From Ruminococcaceae bacterium UBA7080 (GTDB lineage Bacteria > Bacillota > Clostridia > Oscillospirales > Acutalibacteraceae): a stretch of 64,000 nucleotides of DNA. The notes below the pieces were generated by a model, which ran no database searches, was not told where the DNA came from, and worked only from the letters and a program-made list of their open reading frames with translations. This document shows positions 39,621 to 49,181 of this stretch, piece after piece. Location: positions 609-64,608 of the forward strand of contig DKZG01000014.1 of the NCBI GenBank assembly GCA_002493595.1, in the 5' to 3' direction. A program made the position numbers and the translations under genes. The stretch's first letter is position 1. Each line of letters begins with the position of its first letter.

Positions 39621-40342
39621 GTGATTATAATTTTGAGGGGATAAAATCCGATAGTATTCAGCTTTTATGTGAGAATTGTTTTAAGGATTCAAAAGCCTTT
39701 TATGAGGAGCATAAGGAGGATCTGAAGCAGGGAATAACCGTTCCTATGCGCCAAATCATGCTTGATTTAAGCGAACTTATGCTGGATATAGACGACATGA
39801 TGATGACAGATCCTGTCAGATCTGTATCGCGTATCTACAGAGATACAAGAGGAAACAGAAATAAAATTAAATATAGAGAAAATTTGTGGATGTTTTTCAG
39901 AAGATATAAAAACGAATTTCCGGGTGCGCCATTCTATTTTTTTGAATTTTTCCCGGATAGATTTGGATATGGCGTGGTATTTTGGCTGTATCGGCAGTCT
40001 TATTTTAAAGAGGTTCATAAATACATTTTAAAGCATCCTGCCAGATGGCTTGAGGCAGTTAAAGCTTGTGAAGATGCAGGATTGGTGTACGAGTGCCGTG
40101 ATGTTTATAAAAAGGATTTGTACCCTGACGCACCGAAAGAGCTTAAGCCTTATCTTCAGGCCAAAAATATATCATTCTGCTACTATTGTGAAGATTTGTC
40201 CAGAATAGCAAAGCCTTCTCTTATCGATGAATTAAAGCAGGCTTTTGAAACTGCACGTCCTATGTACGAATTCTTTATTGATGTTTATGAAAAAATGATG
40301 AGCGATGGCTTAATTAAACCCGAGGATTATTACAGAAGGTAA
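39617..40342 (+). CDS. DUF2461-like conserved hypothetical protein
   Basis: KAFYEEHK, SRIYRDTR..RNKIKYREN pattern. Confidence 0.7.
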   Translation: MSDYNFEGIKSDSIQLLCENCFKDSKAFYEEHKEDLKQGITVPMRQIMLDLSELMLDIDDMMMTDPVRSVSRIYRDTRGNRNKIKYRENLWMFFRRYKNEFPGAPFYFFEFFPDRFGYGVVFWLYRQSYFKEVHKYILKHPARWLEAVKACEDAGLVYECRDVYKKDLYPDAPKELKPYLQAKNISFCYYCEDLSRIAKPSLIDELKQAFETARPMYEFFIDVYEKMMSDGLIKPEDYYRR

Positions 40343-40348
40343 CCATTT

Positions 40349-43300
40349 ATGCTTAAAATAGTTTTCGGCCGTTCAGGCTACGGAAAAACAGAATATGTGT
40401 TTCATTCCATAAAAGAACTGGTTAGACAGGATATTTCCGATATTTTGCTTTTAACACCTGAGCAGTATTCCCTTGTAAGTGAAAGACGTTTGCTTTGTGA
40501 ACTTGGTGAAAGCAAAATCGCAAATGTTGATAATTCCTCTTTTTCGCGCATAAGCGATGCAGTTAAGAGAAAATATGGTTCTTACGGCATTCCTGTTTTA
40601 TCTAAAGGCGGCAAAGCAGTTTTAATGATGCAGGCAATAGAAAGCTCAAAGGAAAGCCTCTCTATTTTCAGTAAAAATCTTGACTCGGCAGCTTTTGTTC
40701 GTTCCATGATTAAGATTTATGATGAGATGAAGTCATGTAATCTTAACGGCAGTGAAATTATGTCGCTTTCTGCCGGTATAAAAAATAATGCTTTAATGAA
40801 AAAGCTTAATGATATTGCACTGATTATGAATACATATGAGCATATGATTGCCGACAGATATCTTGACAGTGCCGATGAGCTTACACGTCTTTATGAAAAA
40901 ATTAAGGATAAAAAATATTTTGCCGAAAAAACTGTATTTATTGATGGGTTTAACGGCTTTGTGGCTCAGGAATATAAAATTCTCGAGCTGATTATTAATG
41001 AGGCTGATTCCGTTACAATAACACTGTGTGCAAATTCTTTTGATACTGACGATGAATTCAGTTTGTTTAGTTATGTAAATCGATCAGCAGCAATATTGAA
41101 AAAAATTGCAGATAAAGCAAATATAAAATGCGAAACTCTGCTGCTTGATAAGAATTACAGAGCCAAAACCAGCGGTATAGCTGCTGTTGAAAAAAATTTA
41201 TTCTCACAGGAGAATATCGATTTATGTGAAGACGGCGAAAGTGTTAAGCTCTATTGTGCTAAAAGCATAACAGATGAATGCTGTGAAACTTCAAGACAAA
41301 TAAGAAGGCTGCTCAGAAAAGGATACAGAGCCAATGAAATAGCCGTAATTGTGCGAGATATTGATAAGTACAGGGACGAGCTTTCGGCAGCATTTAAAAA
41401 ATATGAAATTCCGTTTTTTAATGATGAACGACAACCGATTAAGTGTCAGCCTATTGTGGTTTTTATCGAGTATTTGTTAAGATGCATAAATTATTCCTTC
41501 AGAAGTGATGATATTTTAAGTCTTGCAAAAACAGGACTCGTTGATATTGATGATAAAGATATAAATTTATTAGAAAATTATGTTTACTTATGGAGCATAA
41601 ACGGAATGAAATGGACAAAACCGTTTGAAAATTCCACAAAAGGCTTTGTCAGTGAAATGGACAGCAGTGACAGTGCTCTACTTGCTTCAATCAACAAAAC
41701 AAGAGAAAAGCTTATTGCACCTCTTGTTAACTTTAAAAAGGCAGTCAAAAAAGCAAATGCACTTGAAATCTGCCGCTGGATTTATTATACGCTGACAGCA
41801 TATAAGGCAGATAAAAAAATATCCGAAAATGCTGCTGAACTTTCTAAAGCAGGCTGCCATACGCTTGCATTTCAGCAGGGCGCTGTTTGGGATATGGTTA
41901 TGGAAATTCTCAGTACCCTTCCTGATATTCTTGGCGTCAATGTAATAAAACCGAAAGAGTTTGCAAAGCTTTTTTCAATTGTTATCTCAACAGAAGATTT
42001 AGGTACTTTACCGTCAGGAATTGATAATGTTCAAATCGGTCAGGCTGACAGAATAAGAACAGATAATCCCAAAGCTGTTTTTGTGCTGGGGGCAAATGAA
42101 GGTGAATTTCCTCAGGCAATAACCGGCGGAGGGTTACTTTCCGAAAGCGACAGAAGAATACTCCTTGAAAATGATTTTAAGCTTTATTCCTATGGCGAAA
42201 TTCTTAATATTCAGGAAAAGTATTTTGCTTACATGGCTTGTTCTGCAGCTTCTGAAATGCTGTTTATATCGTATAAAGGAAGTGCAAAAGATGCTGCACC
42301 ATCCGATATAGTTCTTGCGATCAAAAGTATTTTTTCCAATATGAATGCATATTCCTTATCGGATATTCAGGAAATGGATTTAATTGAAACCCGAAGAAAT
42401 GCTTTTGAGTTAATGAGTGAAAAATATTTTGTCAATACTGCATTTTATTCATCTTTAAAGGATTACTTTAAAGATGATGAGCACTTTAATGGTGTTAAGG
42501 CACTCGCCGAGAATGATGATGCAAAAATCAATAATCATGCACTTGCTACATCTTTATTTCACTATGATATGTTCATTTCAGCATCAAGGATTGAAGATTT
42601 TTATAATTGCTCTTTCAGATATTTTTGTAAATTCGGTCTGAATGCGTTTAAACGGGAACGGGCGGAAATTAATCCTATGCAAAGAGGTACATTAATTCAT
42701 TATGTGCTTGAAAAAATATTATCTGAATATGGCAGTCATGAGCTTTCTCAAATGCCTGAATCCGATATTAAAACGATGGTAGATAAATACCTGTCAGAAT
42801 ATTTTAAAACACAGATGGGCAATATCGCAGATGTTTCTATAAGATTTAAGTACAATTATAACAGACTGTCAAAGTTGATTTACGGTGTTGTTTTTCATTT
42901 GGCCAAAGAGTTTTCACAGTGCGATTTTGAAGCGAAAGCCTTTGAACTTAATATTGACAAAGACGCACCGGTTAAGCCCTTTGTTCTTGATCTTGAAGAC
43001 GGCGGAACAATTCAAATCCGCGGTTCGATTGACAGAGTTGACATGTTTGAAAAAAACAATCAAAAATATGTTCGTGTTGTGGATTATAAGTCCGGAAGCA
43101 AGCTTTTTAATCTGTCAGATATAATGTATGGTCTCAACCTTCAGATGCTTATTTATCTTTTTTCTATCAGTGAGGATAAAAGGTCTGCGTTTAACGCCGT
43201 ACCGGCAGGTGTTCTTTATATGCACGCGTCAAGAAATGTGTTTAGTTTTGATTCACACAAAGAAGCTGCTGTCGCATTGCGAACGGAAGAATTAAACTCA

Positions 43301-43678
43301 TTTAAAATGAAGGGGATTGTAATATCCGATTTTGACGGTGAGCTTGCTATTGCTATGGAGCATGATTTAAATGGTGAATTTATTCCCGTAAAAATGAAAA
43401 AAAACGGTGAACTGACAGGGCAGCTTGCAAGCCTTCAGGAGCTTGGCCGTATGCAGCAAAAGGTTAACAGCCTAATCGTTCAAATGGGTATGGATTTACA
43501 TATGGGAAAAATAAGCAGAAATCCCGTTAAAAACAAAACGCATAAATCAACCTGTGATTTCTGTGATTATGTTGATGTTTGCGCAAATGTGAAAAATATT
43601 GAGCATCGAATTGTTCCCGATTTAACAGATTCGCAGGTAAAAGAGATTCTAGCAAAGGAGTATGGTGAAAATGCCTGA
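40349..43678 (+). CDS. addB: ATP-dependent helicase/nuclease subunit B
   Basis: FGRSGYGKT, TPEQYS, IDGFNGF; C-terminal RecB-type nuclease GSIDRVD...VVDYKSG, LQML; Fe-S cysteines (NCSF..FC; CDFCDY..VC). Confidence 0.93.
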   Translation: MLKIVFGRSGYGKTEYVFHSIKELVRQDISDILLLTPEQYSLVSERRLLCELGESKIANVDNSSFSRISDAVKRKYGSYGIPVLSKGGKAVLMMQAIESSKESLSIFSKNLDSAAFVRSMIKIYDEMKSCNLNGSEIMSLSAGIKNNALMKKLNDIALIMNTYEHMIADRYLDSADELTRLYEKIKDKKYFAEKTVFIDGFNGFVAQEYKILELIINEADSVTITLCANSFDTDDEFSLFSYVNRSAAILKKIADKANIKCETLLLDKNYRAKTSGIAAVEKNLFSQENIDLCEDGESVKLYCAKSITDECCETSRQIRRLLRKGYRANEIAVIVRDIDKYRDELSAAFKKYEIPFFNDERQPIKCQPIVVFIEYLLRCINYSFRSDDILSLAKTGLVDIDDKDINLLENYVYLWSINGMKWTKPFENSTKGFVSEMDSSDSALLASINKTREKLIAPLVNFKKAVKKANALEICRWIYYTLTAYKADKKISENAAELSKAGCHTLAFQQGAVWDMVMEILSTLPDILGVNVIKPKEFAKLFSIVISTEDLGTLPSGIDNVQIGQADRIRTDNPKAVFVLGANEGEFPQAITGGGLLSESDRRILLENDFKLYSYGEILNIQEKYFAYMACSAASEMLFISYKGSAKDAAPSDIVLAIKSIFSNMNAYSLSDIQEMDLIETRRNAFELMSEKYFVNTAFYSSLKDYFKDDEHFNGVKALAENDDAKINNHALATSLFHYDMFISASRIEDFYNCSFRYFCKFGLNAFKRERAEINPMQRGTLIHYVLEKILSEYGSHELSQMPESDIKTMVDKYLSEYFKTQMGNIADVSIRFKYNYNRLSKLIYGVVFHLAKEFSQCDFEAKAFELNIDKDAPVKPFVLDLEDGGTIQIRGSIDRVDMFEKNNQKYVRVVDYKSGSKLFNLSDIMYGLNLQMLIYLFSISEDKRSAFNAVPAGVLYMHASRNVFSFDSHKEAAVALRTEELNSFKMKGIVISDFDGELAIAMEHDLNGEFIPVKMKKNGELTGQLASLQELGRMQQKVNSLIVQMGMDLHMGKISRNPVKNKTHKSTCDFCDYVDVCANVKNIEHRIVPDLTDSQVKEILAKEYGENA

Positions 43679-46600
43679 ATGGACCACACAGCAGAAAAAT
43701 GCAATCACGGCAAAGGGAAGAAATATTCTTGTAAGTGCTGCAGCAGGTTCCGGTAAAACCGCTGTACTTGTTGAACGCGTTACAAGAATGATAACAGATA
43801 TAAATAATCCTGTTGATATTGATAAGCTGCTGATTGTTACATTTACCAATGCAGCTGCAGCCGAAATGAAATACAGAATATCAAAATCATTAAATACTTG
43901 TATCAAAAAAAATCCAAATGTGAAATTTTACAAAAAGCAGCTTTCTCTTCTGCCTAATGCAAAAATATGTACAATTGACTCCTTTTGCGTAAATCTTGTT
44001 AAAGAACATTTTTATGATTTGTCGATCAATCAGGATTTTGTGCTGCTTGATGAATGCGAACTCCAAATGATGGAGGATACAATTATAAATGAGGTTATTG
44101 ATGATTTTTTCGAGAAAGGGGAATCGGATTTCATTTCGCTTATGGAAGCTTTCACATCTCCGAGTAATGATAAACCCATTATAGAAGCAGTAAAAAAAGT
44201 TCTCAGGTTTATATATGCTCAGCCTTTTCCATATTATTGGCTTGAAAATGCGCTCGGTAAATATAATGCTGAAATTCCTTTTTGCGAAACTGTATGGTAT
44301 AAGTATATTAAATCACAGCTTGATGATTTATTTGATTTGGGTATAAGCTTGATTAGTAAGAATCTTTCTCTTGTGTGCTTTGATGATGAAAAACTTAATG
44401 ATAAATTAACTGTTGTTTTTAAAGATGATATGTCGGAATTTATGCGCTTTAAAAACGCGTATGAAATATCCTGGAATAAGTTGGTAAATGAACGACCTGC
44501 AAGCTTTATGCGATTTCCGAACACAAGCAAAATTGATAAGGATACAGCTTCTGTCTTAAAATCAAACAGAGAGATTTATAAAAAGCTTCTCAGTGCTGAA
44601 ATTCCGTCATTTTTCACGTCAGATGAAGATGGATACACGAAAGATATAATAAGCCTTGAAGCACAGCTCAGGGTGCTTGCTGAGATTGTTAAAGAGGTAG
44701 ATTTCAGACTGATGTCTGAAAAAAAAGAGCGAAACGCCTATTCCTTTTCGGACATAGAGCATTTTGCCATTACATTGCTTTTTTATATGGATGAAAATAA
44801 AAATATTGTCAAAACAGATTTGGCTAATCGTTTTGCTGATAGCTTTTATGAAATTCTTGTTGATGAATATCAGGATACGAATGAGGCACAGGATCTTTTA
44901 TTTTCATACCTCTCTAATGGTAAAAATCTTTTTACTGTTGGTGATATTAAACAAAGCATTTACCGCTTCAGACTGGCAATGCCGTATATTTTTAATGCAA
45001 AAAAGAAAACATATTTGCCCTACGATCCGAGCGATGACAGTTTAAGCTCAAAAATTATTCTTGATAAAAATTTCAGAAGCCGAAGAGATATTTGTGCATA
45101 TGTTAATTTTGTTTTTTCAAATCTCATGAGCGAAAAGCTTGGTGAACTCGATTATAATGAAGATGAATATTTAAATTGTGCGGCTGAATATAACGATTCA
45201 GACACAGTCAGTGCTCAAATAAAAATATTAAGCGGTGTTAAAGGTGAGGATACGGATAAAAAAGAGGCCGCCTATATTGCTGAATGTATAAAACAAAAGG
45301 TTGATTCAGGTGAACTTATAAAAGACGGTGATACTTATCGTCCCATAAATTACGGCGATTTTGTAATTTTGATGCGCAGTCTGAAAAACCATATCAATAA
45401 TTATTCTGAAACGCTTACAGAGTATGGTATACCTGTAATTTGTGATAATTCAACCAATCTGTTTGAAAATAATGAAATCAGAATGATAATGTCCTTGCTC
45501 AGAGCAATTGATAATCCAATGCAGGATATCCCATTATTGGCTGCAATGATGTCTCCGTTTTATGCCTTCAGTGCCGATGAATTAGCTGAAATTAAGGTGA
45601 ATTCACAGGAGAGAAGCTTATATTCAATTATATCAAATAGCAATAATAAAAAGGCAGCAAGCTTTGTGAATGAGCTTTGTGAATTAAGACGAATCAGTGT
45701 AACAATGTCGGTAGCCGGTTTTATCAGATATCTGATTGAAGATAAGGGTATAGTTGCCTATGTTAATGCTATGGGCAATGCAGAACAAAGATATCAAAAT
45801 ATTTTAAAGCTGATTTCATTTGCACAGAGCTTTGATAACGGAATAAATGTTGGATTGACCTCATTTTTAAGATATATTGATAAAATCATTTCGTCGGATA
45901 AAAATGTCGATTCGGCAGCACTCAGTGCAGGAAATGAAAATGCTGTTACGATTATGTCAGTTCATCATTCAAAGGGACTTGAATTTCCTGTATGCATTTT
46001 TGCCGGTACAAACAGAGCATATAATAAAACAGACTTAAACGATAAGCTCCTTTTAAATACAAATTATGGTATTGGTATCAAATGCCATAATGAAGAACAG
46101 CTTTATCAGTATAAGTCTATTCCGTATTCGGTGATTAAGGACAAAAGCACTTATGAACTTATGAGCGAAAATCTAAGAGTTTTGTATGTTGCCATGACCA
46201 GGGCCAAGGAACAGTTTATAACTTTTATTACCTGTGAAAATATTGAAAGCAAATTAAAGCGTCTTGCTCTCAATATTATAGAAAACAAAATCAGTCCGTA
46301 TATGAGCAAGAAGGTTAATTGTGATGCAGATTTCTTTTTAATGTGTGCTATGCTTCACAATGATGCAGAACTACTTAGGCAATGCATTGAAAACAATATC
46401 CAGACAAGAAGTTCCGGTTTTCCGCTTTTAGTTGAAATAATTAATGAAATTGAGTTGAAATCTTCTCAGAAAAAAATTGCGTTTGTCGATGCAGACCGTA
46501 GCATTATTGCTGAAATTGCTGATAAATTAACTTATTCTTATGAAAGAAAAGAGCTTGAAGGCATTTCCTCAAAGCTTAATGCATCTGCTCTTGACAGCTT

Positions 46601-47159
46601 TGACAGGGGCTTTGAATACATAACATCGTCTAAACCATCTTTTATGAATAACACAGGCTTAACAGCTGCTCAGCGCGGTACAGCAATGCATACTTTTATG
46701 CAGTATTGTACCTACGAGAGTGCAAGAGATAATCTTGAAAAGGAAATTTTAAAGCTCAGGAAAAACGGATATATAAGTTCGACTGAAGCAGACAGCTTAG
46801 ATCGAAACAGGCTTTCTGCTTTTTTTAAAAGCGATTTTGCTGTAAGGATGTTTCATTCAGATAAGATTCACCGGGAAATCAAAGTATCGTCATTTATCTG
46901 TGCAAAAGATATTTTTGATACCAATTTTTCAGATAAAATACTTGTTCAGGGTATAGCTGACTGTGTGTTTGAAGAAAATGATGAACTTGTTTTGCTGGAT
47001 TATAAAACAGATAAAGTAAGCGGAGAGTCACAGCTGATTGAAAGATATAAAAAACAAATTGATTTTTACAGATATGCCATTGCAAAAAAGCTGAACAAAC
47101 CCGTAAAAGAAGCAATTTTATATTCATTTTATCTTGGTAAAACAGTTACCGTTGATTAA
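43671..47159 (+). CDS. addA: ATP-dependent helicase/nuclease subunit A
   Basis: VSAAAGSGKT, TFTNAAA, VDEYQDTN, VGDIKQSIYRFR, SKGLEF, LYVAMTRA, GIAD...LDYKTD. Alternative start at 43662. Confidence 0.95.
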   Translation: MPEWTTQQKNAITAKGRNILVSAAAGSGKTAVLVERVTRMITDINNPVDIDKLLIVTFTNAAAAEMKYRISKSLNTCIKKNPNVKFYKKQLSLLPNAKICTIDSFCVNLVKEHFYDLSINQDFVLLDECELQMMEDTIINEVIDDFFEKGESDFISLMEAFTSPSNDKPIIEAVKKVLRFIYAQPFPYYWLENALGKYNAEIPFCETVWYKYIKSQLDDLFDLGISLISKNLSLVCFDDEKLNDKLTVVFKDDMSEFMRFKNAYEISWNKLVNERPASFMRFPNTSKIDKDTASVLKSNREIYKKLLSAEIPSFFTSDEDGYTKDIISLEAQLRVLAEIVKEVDFRLMSEKKERNAYSFSDIEHFAITLLFYMDENKNIVKTDLANRFADSFYEILVDEYQDTNEAQDLLFSYLSNGKNLFTVGDIKQSIYRFRLAMPYIFNAKKKTYLPYDPSDDSLSSKIILDKNFRSRRDICAYVNFVFSNLMSEKLGELDYNEDEYLNCAAEYNDSDTVSAQIKILSGVKGEDTDKKEAAYIAECIKQKVDSGELIKDGDTYRPINYGDFVILMRSLKNHINNYSETLTEYGIPVICDNSTNLFENNEIRMIMSLLRAIDNPMQDIPLLAAMMSPFYAFSADELAEIKVNSQERSLYSIISNSNNKKAASFVNELCELRRISVTMSVAGFIRYLIEDKGIVAYVNAMGNAEQRYQNILKLISFAQSFDNGINVGLTSFLRYIDKIISSDKNVDSAALSAGNENAVTIMSVHHSKGLEFPVCIFAGTNRAYNKTDLNDKLLLNTNYGIGIKCHNEEQLYQYKSIPYSVIKDKSTYELMSENLRVLYVAMTRAKEQFITFITCENIESKLKRLALNIIENKISPYMSKKVNCDADFFLMCAMLHNDAELLRQCIENNIQTRSSGFPLLVEIINEIELKSSQKKIAFVDADRSIIAEIADKLTYSYERKELEGISSKLNASALDSFDRGFEYITSSKPSFMNNTGLTAAQRGTAMHTFMQYCTYESARDNLEKEILKLRKNGYISSTEADSLDRNRLSAFFKSDFAVRMFHSDKIHREIKVSSFICAKDIFDTNFSDKILVQGIADCVFEENDELVLLDYKTDKVSGESQLIERYKKQIDFYRYAIAKKLNKPVKEAILYSFYLGKTVTVD

Positions 47160-47183
47160 TATAATAAAAATTATAAAAAATAC

Positions 47184-47212
47184 TTGCATTTTATAATATC
47201 TTGTGGTAATAT
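47184..47212 (+). promoter_or_regulatory. sigmaA promoter of rpmE
   Basis: TTGCAT-N17-TAATAT with TG extension. Confidence 0.7.
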
Positions 47213-47253
47213 ATCAAAGCATAATTACATTACTTGCAAAGAGGTGAAAGTAA

Positions 47254-47457
47254 ATGAAAGACGGAATTCATCCAAATTACGATAAATGTACTGTTAAGTG
47301 CGCTTGCGGTGCAACTTATGAAACAAAGAGCACAAAGAGTGAGCTGAGAGTTGATATCTGCTCAAAATGTCACCCGTTCTTTACCGGTAAGCAGAAGCTT
47401 GTTGATACAGGCGGACGTGTTGACCGATTCAATAAGAGATACGGCAGAAACGGCTAA
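47254..47457 (+). CDS. rpmE: 50S ribosomal protein L31 (Zn-binding type)
   Basis: [34 protein letters not shown]. Confidence 0.98.
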   Translation: MKDGIHPNYDKCTVKCACGATYETKSTKSELRVDICSKCHPFFTGKQKLVDTGGRVDRFNKRYGRNG

Positions 47458-47468
47458 TATTGTTAATC

Positions 47469-47498
47469 AGGCAACGGTGGTATATCGTTGCCTTTTTT
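47469..47498 (+). terminator. Intrinsic terminator after rpmE
   Basis: AGGCAACGG...TCGTTGCCT followed by a T run. Confidence 0.8.
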
Positions 47499-47511
47499 CT
47501 TGGTGATTTTT

Positions 47512-48132
47512 ATGAAAGAGTATAAAACAGTTGAATTTGAAAGCAGTGATGATTTTGTTGAAAAAAAATCACGCTTTATCGGCTATGTTAAGCCTGTTAA
47601 AACACAACAGGAGGCCGCCGATTTTATCAGTTCAATAAAATCAAAGCACTGGGATGCCGCTCACAATGTATCAGCATATGTTCTGAAAAATAATAATATC
47701 CAGCGCTCCTCTGATGACGGTGAGCCGAGTGGAACAGCCGGTGTTCCTGTTCTTGATGTATTGCTTAAGGAGCAGCTTGTAGACGTCTGCGTTGTTGTTA
47801 CAAGATATTTTGGAGGTACGCTTCTTGGTACAGGCGGTCTCATTCGTGCTTATTCTTATGCATCAAAGCTTGCTGTTCATGCAGGTCATATTATTACAAT
47901 GGCACCATGCAAAATCCTTTCAGTTTCAGTTGAATACAATTTTTATGACAGGCTTAGTATTTTTCTTAATGATTTCGGTGCAAATATTGAGGAGTGTATT
48001 TTTTCAGATGCAGTTGAAGTGAAATTCAGCCTTAAGTCTGATTTATGCAATGCTTTTTCAGATAAACTCACACAGCTCAGCAACGGCAAATATTCAGCCA
48101 GAGAGCTTGGTGAAAAATTTTCAAAAGTATAA
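47512..48132 (+). CDS. yigZ: YigZ/IMPACT family protein
   Basis: EKKSRFIG, AAHNVSAY, SDDGEPSGTAG, RYFGGTLLGTGGLIRAY. Confidence 0.93.
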   Translation: MKEYKTVEFESSDDFVEKKSRFIGYVKPVKTQQEAADFISSIKSKHWDAAHNVSAYVLKNNNIQRSSDDGEPSGTAGVPVLDVLLKEQLVDVCVVVTRYFGGTLLGTGGLIRAYSYASKLAVHAGHIITMAPCKILSVSVEYNFYDRLSIFLNDFGANIEECIFSDAVEVKFSLKSDLCNAFSDKLTQLSNGKYSARELGEKFSKV

Positions 48133-48148
48133 AAATGAATAGATAAGT

Positions 48149-48188
48149 AAAAATCTGCCAATCATGGATTTGAAAGGCAGGTTTTTTT
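48149..48188 (+). terminator. Terminator-like hairpin between yigZ and spoIIR
   Basis: AAAAATCTGCC ... GGCAGGTTTTT, T7 run ending at the spoIIR ATG. Confidence 0.6.
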
Positions 48189-48770
48189 ATGAAAATTTCT
48201 AAAATATTTATTCCGCTGTTTATGATACTTACATTAAGTTTAAGTTTTTTTCAGCCTGTTATTGCAGTGTCCGAAAGTATAAGCAATAAAATTTTAAGGC
48301 TGCATATTCTTGCTGATTCGGACTCCGGTGAAGATCAAAACTTAAAGCTAAAAGTCAGGGATTATTTTCTTGATAATACAAAAGATTTGTTTACAGGAGA
48401 TACACTTGAAGAAAATATTCAAATTGCACAGGAAAATATTAACTATATGGAAGAGCTGTGCAATAAATGCCTGTATGATAACGGAAGTTCAAGCCGAGCA
48501 AAAGTAACACTTGAAAAAGAATACTTTGATACAAGAGTTTATGATGATTTTACACTTCCTGCAGGCGTCTATCATTCTATAAAAATTGAGATAGGCAAGG
48601 GGAGAGGTCACAATTGGTGGTGCATTGTATTTCCGTCTGTATGTTTGTCAGCATGTTCAACATCAATGAGTGAATACCTGAGTGAGGATGAAATGAAATT
48701 GGTAAGCGAAGGTTATACACCGAAATTTAAAATAATAGAAATATATGAAAAACTAAAAAACAAATGGTGA
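48189..48770 (+). CDS. spoIIR: Stage II sporulation protein R
   Basis: Signal peptide; LRLHILADSDS..DQNLKLKVRD, LPAGVY, IGKGRGHNWWCIVFP..C. Confidence 0.95.
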   Translation: MKISKIFIPLFMILTLSLSFFQPVIAVSESISNKILRLHILADSDSGEDQNLKLKVRDYFLDNTKDLFTGDTLEENIQIAQENINYMEELCNKCLYDNGSSSRAKVTLEKEYFDTRVYDDFTLPAGVYHSIKIEIGKGRGHNWWCIVFPSVCLSACSTSMSEYLSEDEMKLVSEGYTPKFKIIEIYEKLKNKW

Positions 48771-48833
48771 TAATTGTTTTTATGTGCAGCATCACATTTA
48801 TTATCTTCTTTTTTCAAAACAAAATGATAAATA

Positions 48834-48868
48834 AAAAGAGTGACAGATATTTTAACTGTCACTCTTTT
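48834..48868. terminator. Bidirectional terminator between spoIIR and tRNA-Leu(CAA)
   Basis: AAAAGAGTGACAG ... CTGTCACTCTTTT perfect 13-bp inverted repeat. Confidence 0.85.
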
Positions 48869-48954
48869 GGTGCCGGCGGCGGGGGTCGAACCCGCACCCT
48901 GTTGCCAGGACCGGATTTTGAGTCCGGCACGTCTGCCAATTCCATCACGCCGGC
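48868..48954 (-). tRNA. tRNA-Leu (anticodon CAA)
   Basis: GCCGGCG acceptor stem, anticodon arm CCGGA-CTCAAAA-TCCGG, long variable arm, GGTTCGACCC T-loop, encoded CCA. Confidence 0.97.
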
Positions 48955-49009
48955 AAATATATAATTTTATTTAAGGCATAGTAACACATTGCGGCTACTA
49001 TGCCTTAAA

Positions 49010-49096
49010 TGGTGCTGGTGACCGGACTTGAACCGGTACGGTATTGCTACCGAGGGATTTTAAGTCCCTTGCGTCTGCCTATTTCGCCACACCAGC
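49010..49096 (-). tRNA. tRNA-Leu (anticodon TAA)
   Basis: GCTGGTG acceptor stem, AGGGA-CTTAAAA-TCCCT, long variable arm, GGTTCAAGTCC, encoded CCA. Confidence 0.97.
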
Positions 49097-49107
49097 GTGC
49101 ACAAAAT

Positions 49108-49136
49108 ATGATAATAGATTTTTTGTATAAAGTCAA
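49108..49136 (-). promoter_or_regulatory. sigmaA promoter of the tRNA-Leu pair
   Basis: TTGACT-N17-TATCAT about 12 nt upstream of the mature 5' end. Confidence 0.75.
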
Positions 49137-49181
49137 TAGTTATTTTCAAAATTTAGCATGAATCAATAATATTTATACAAA

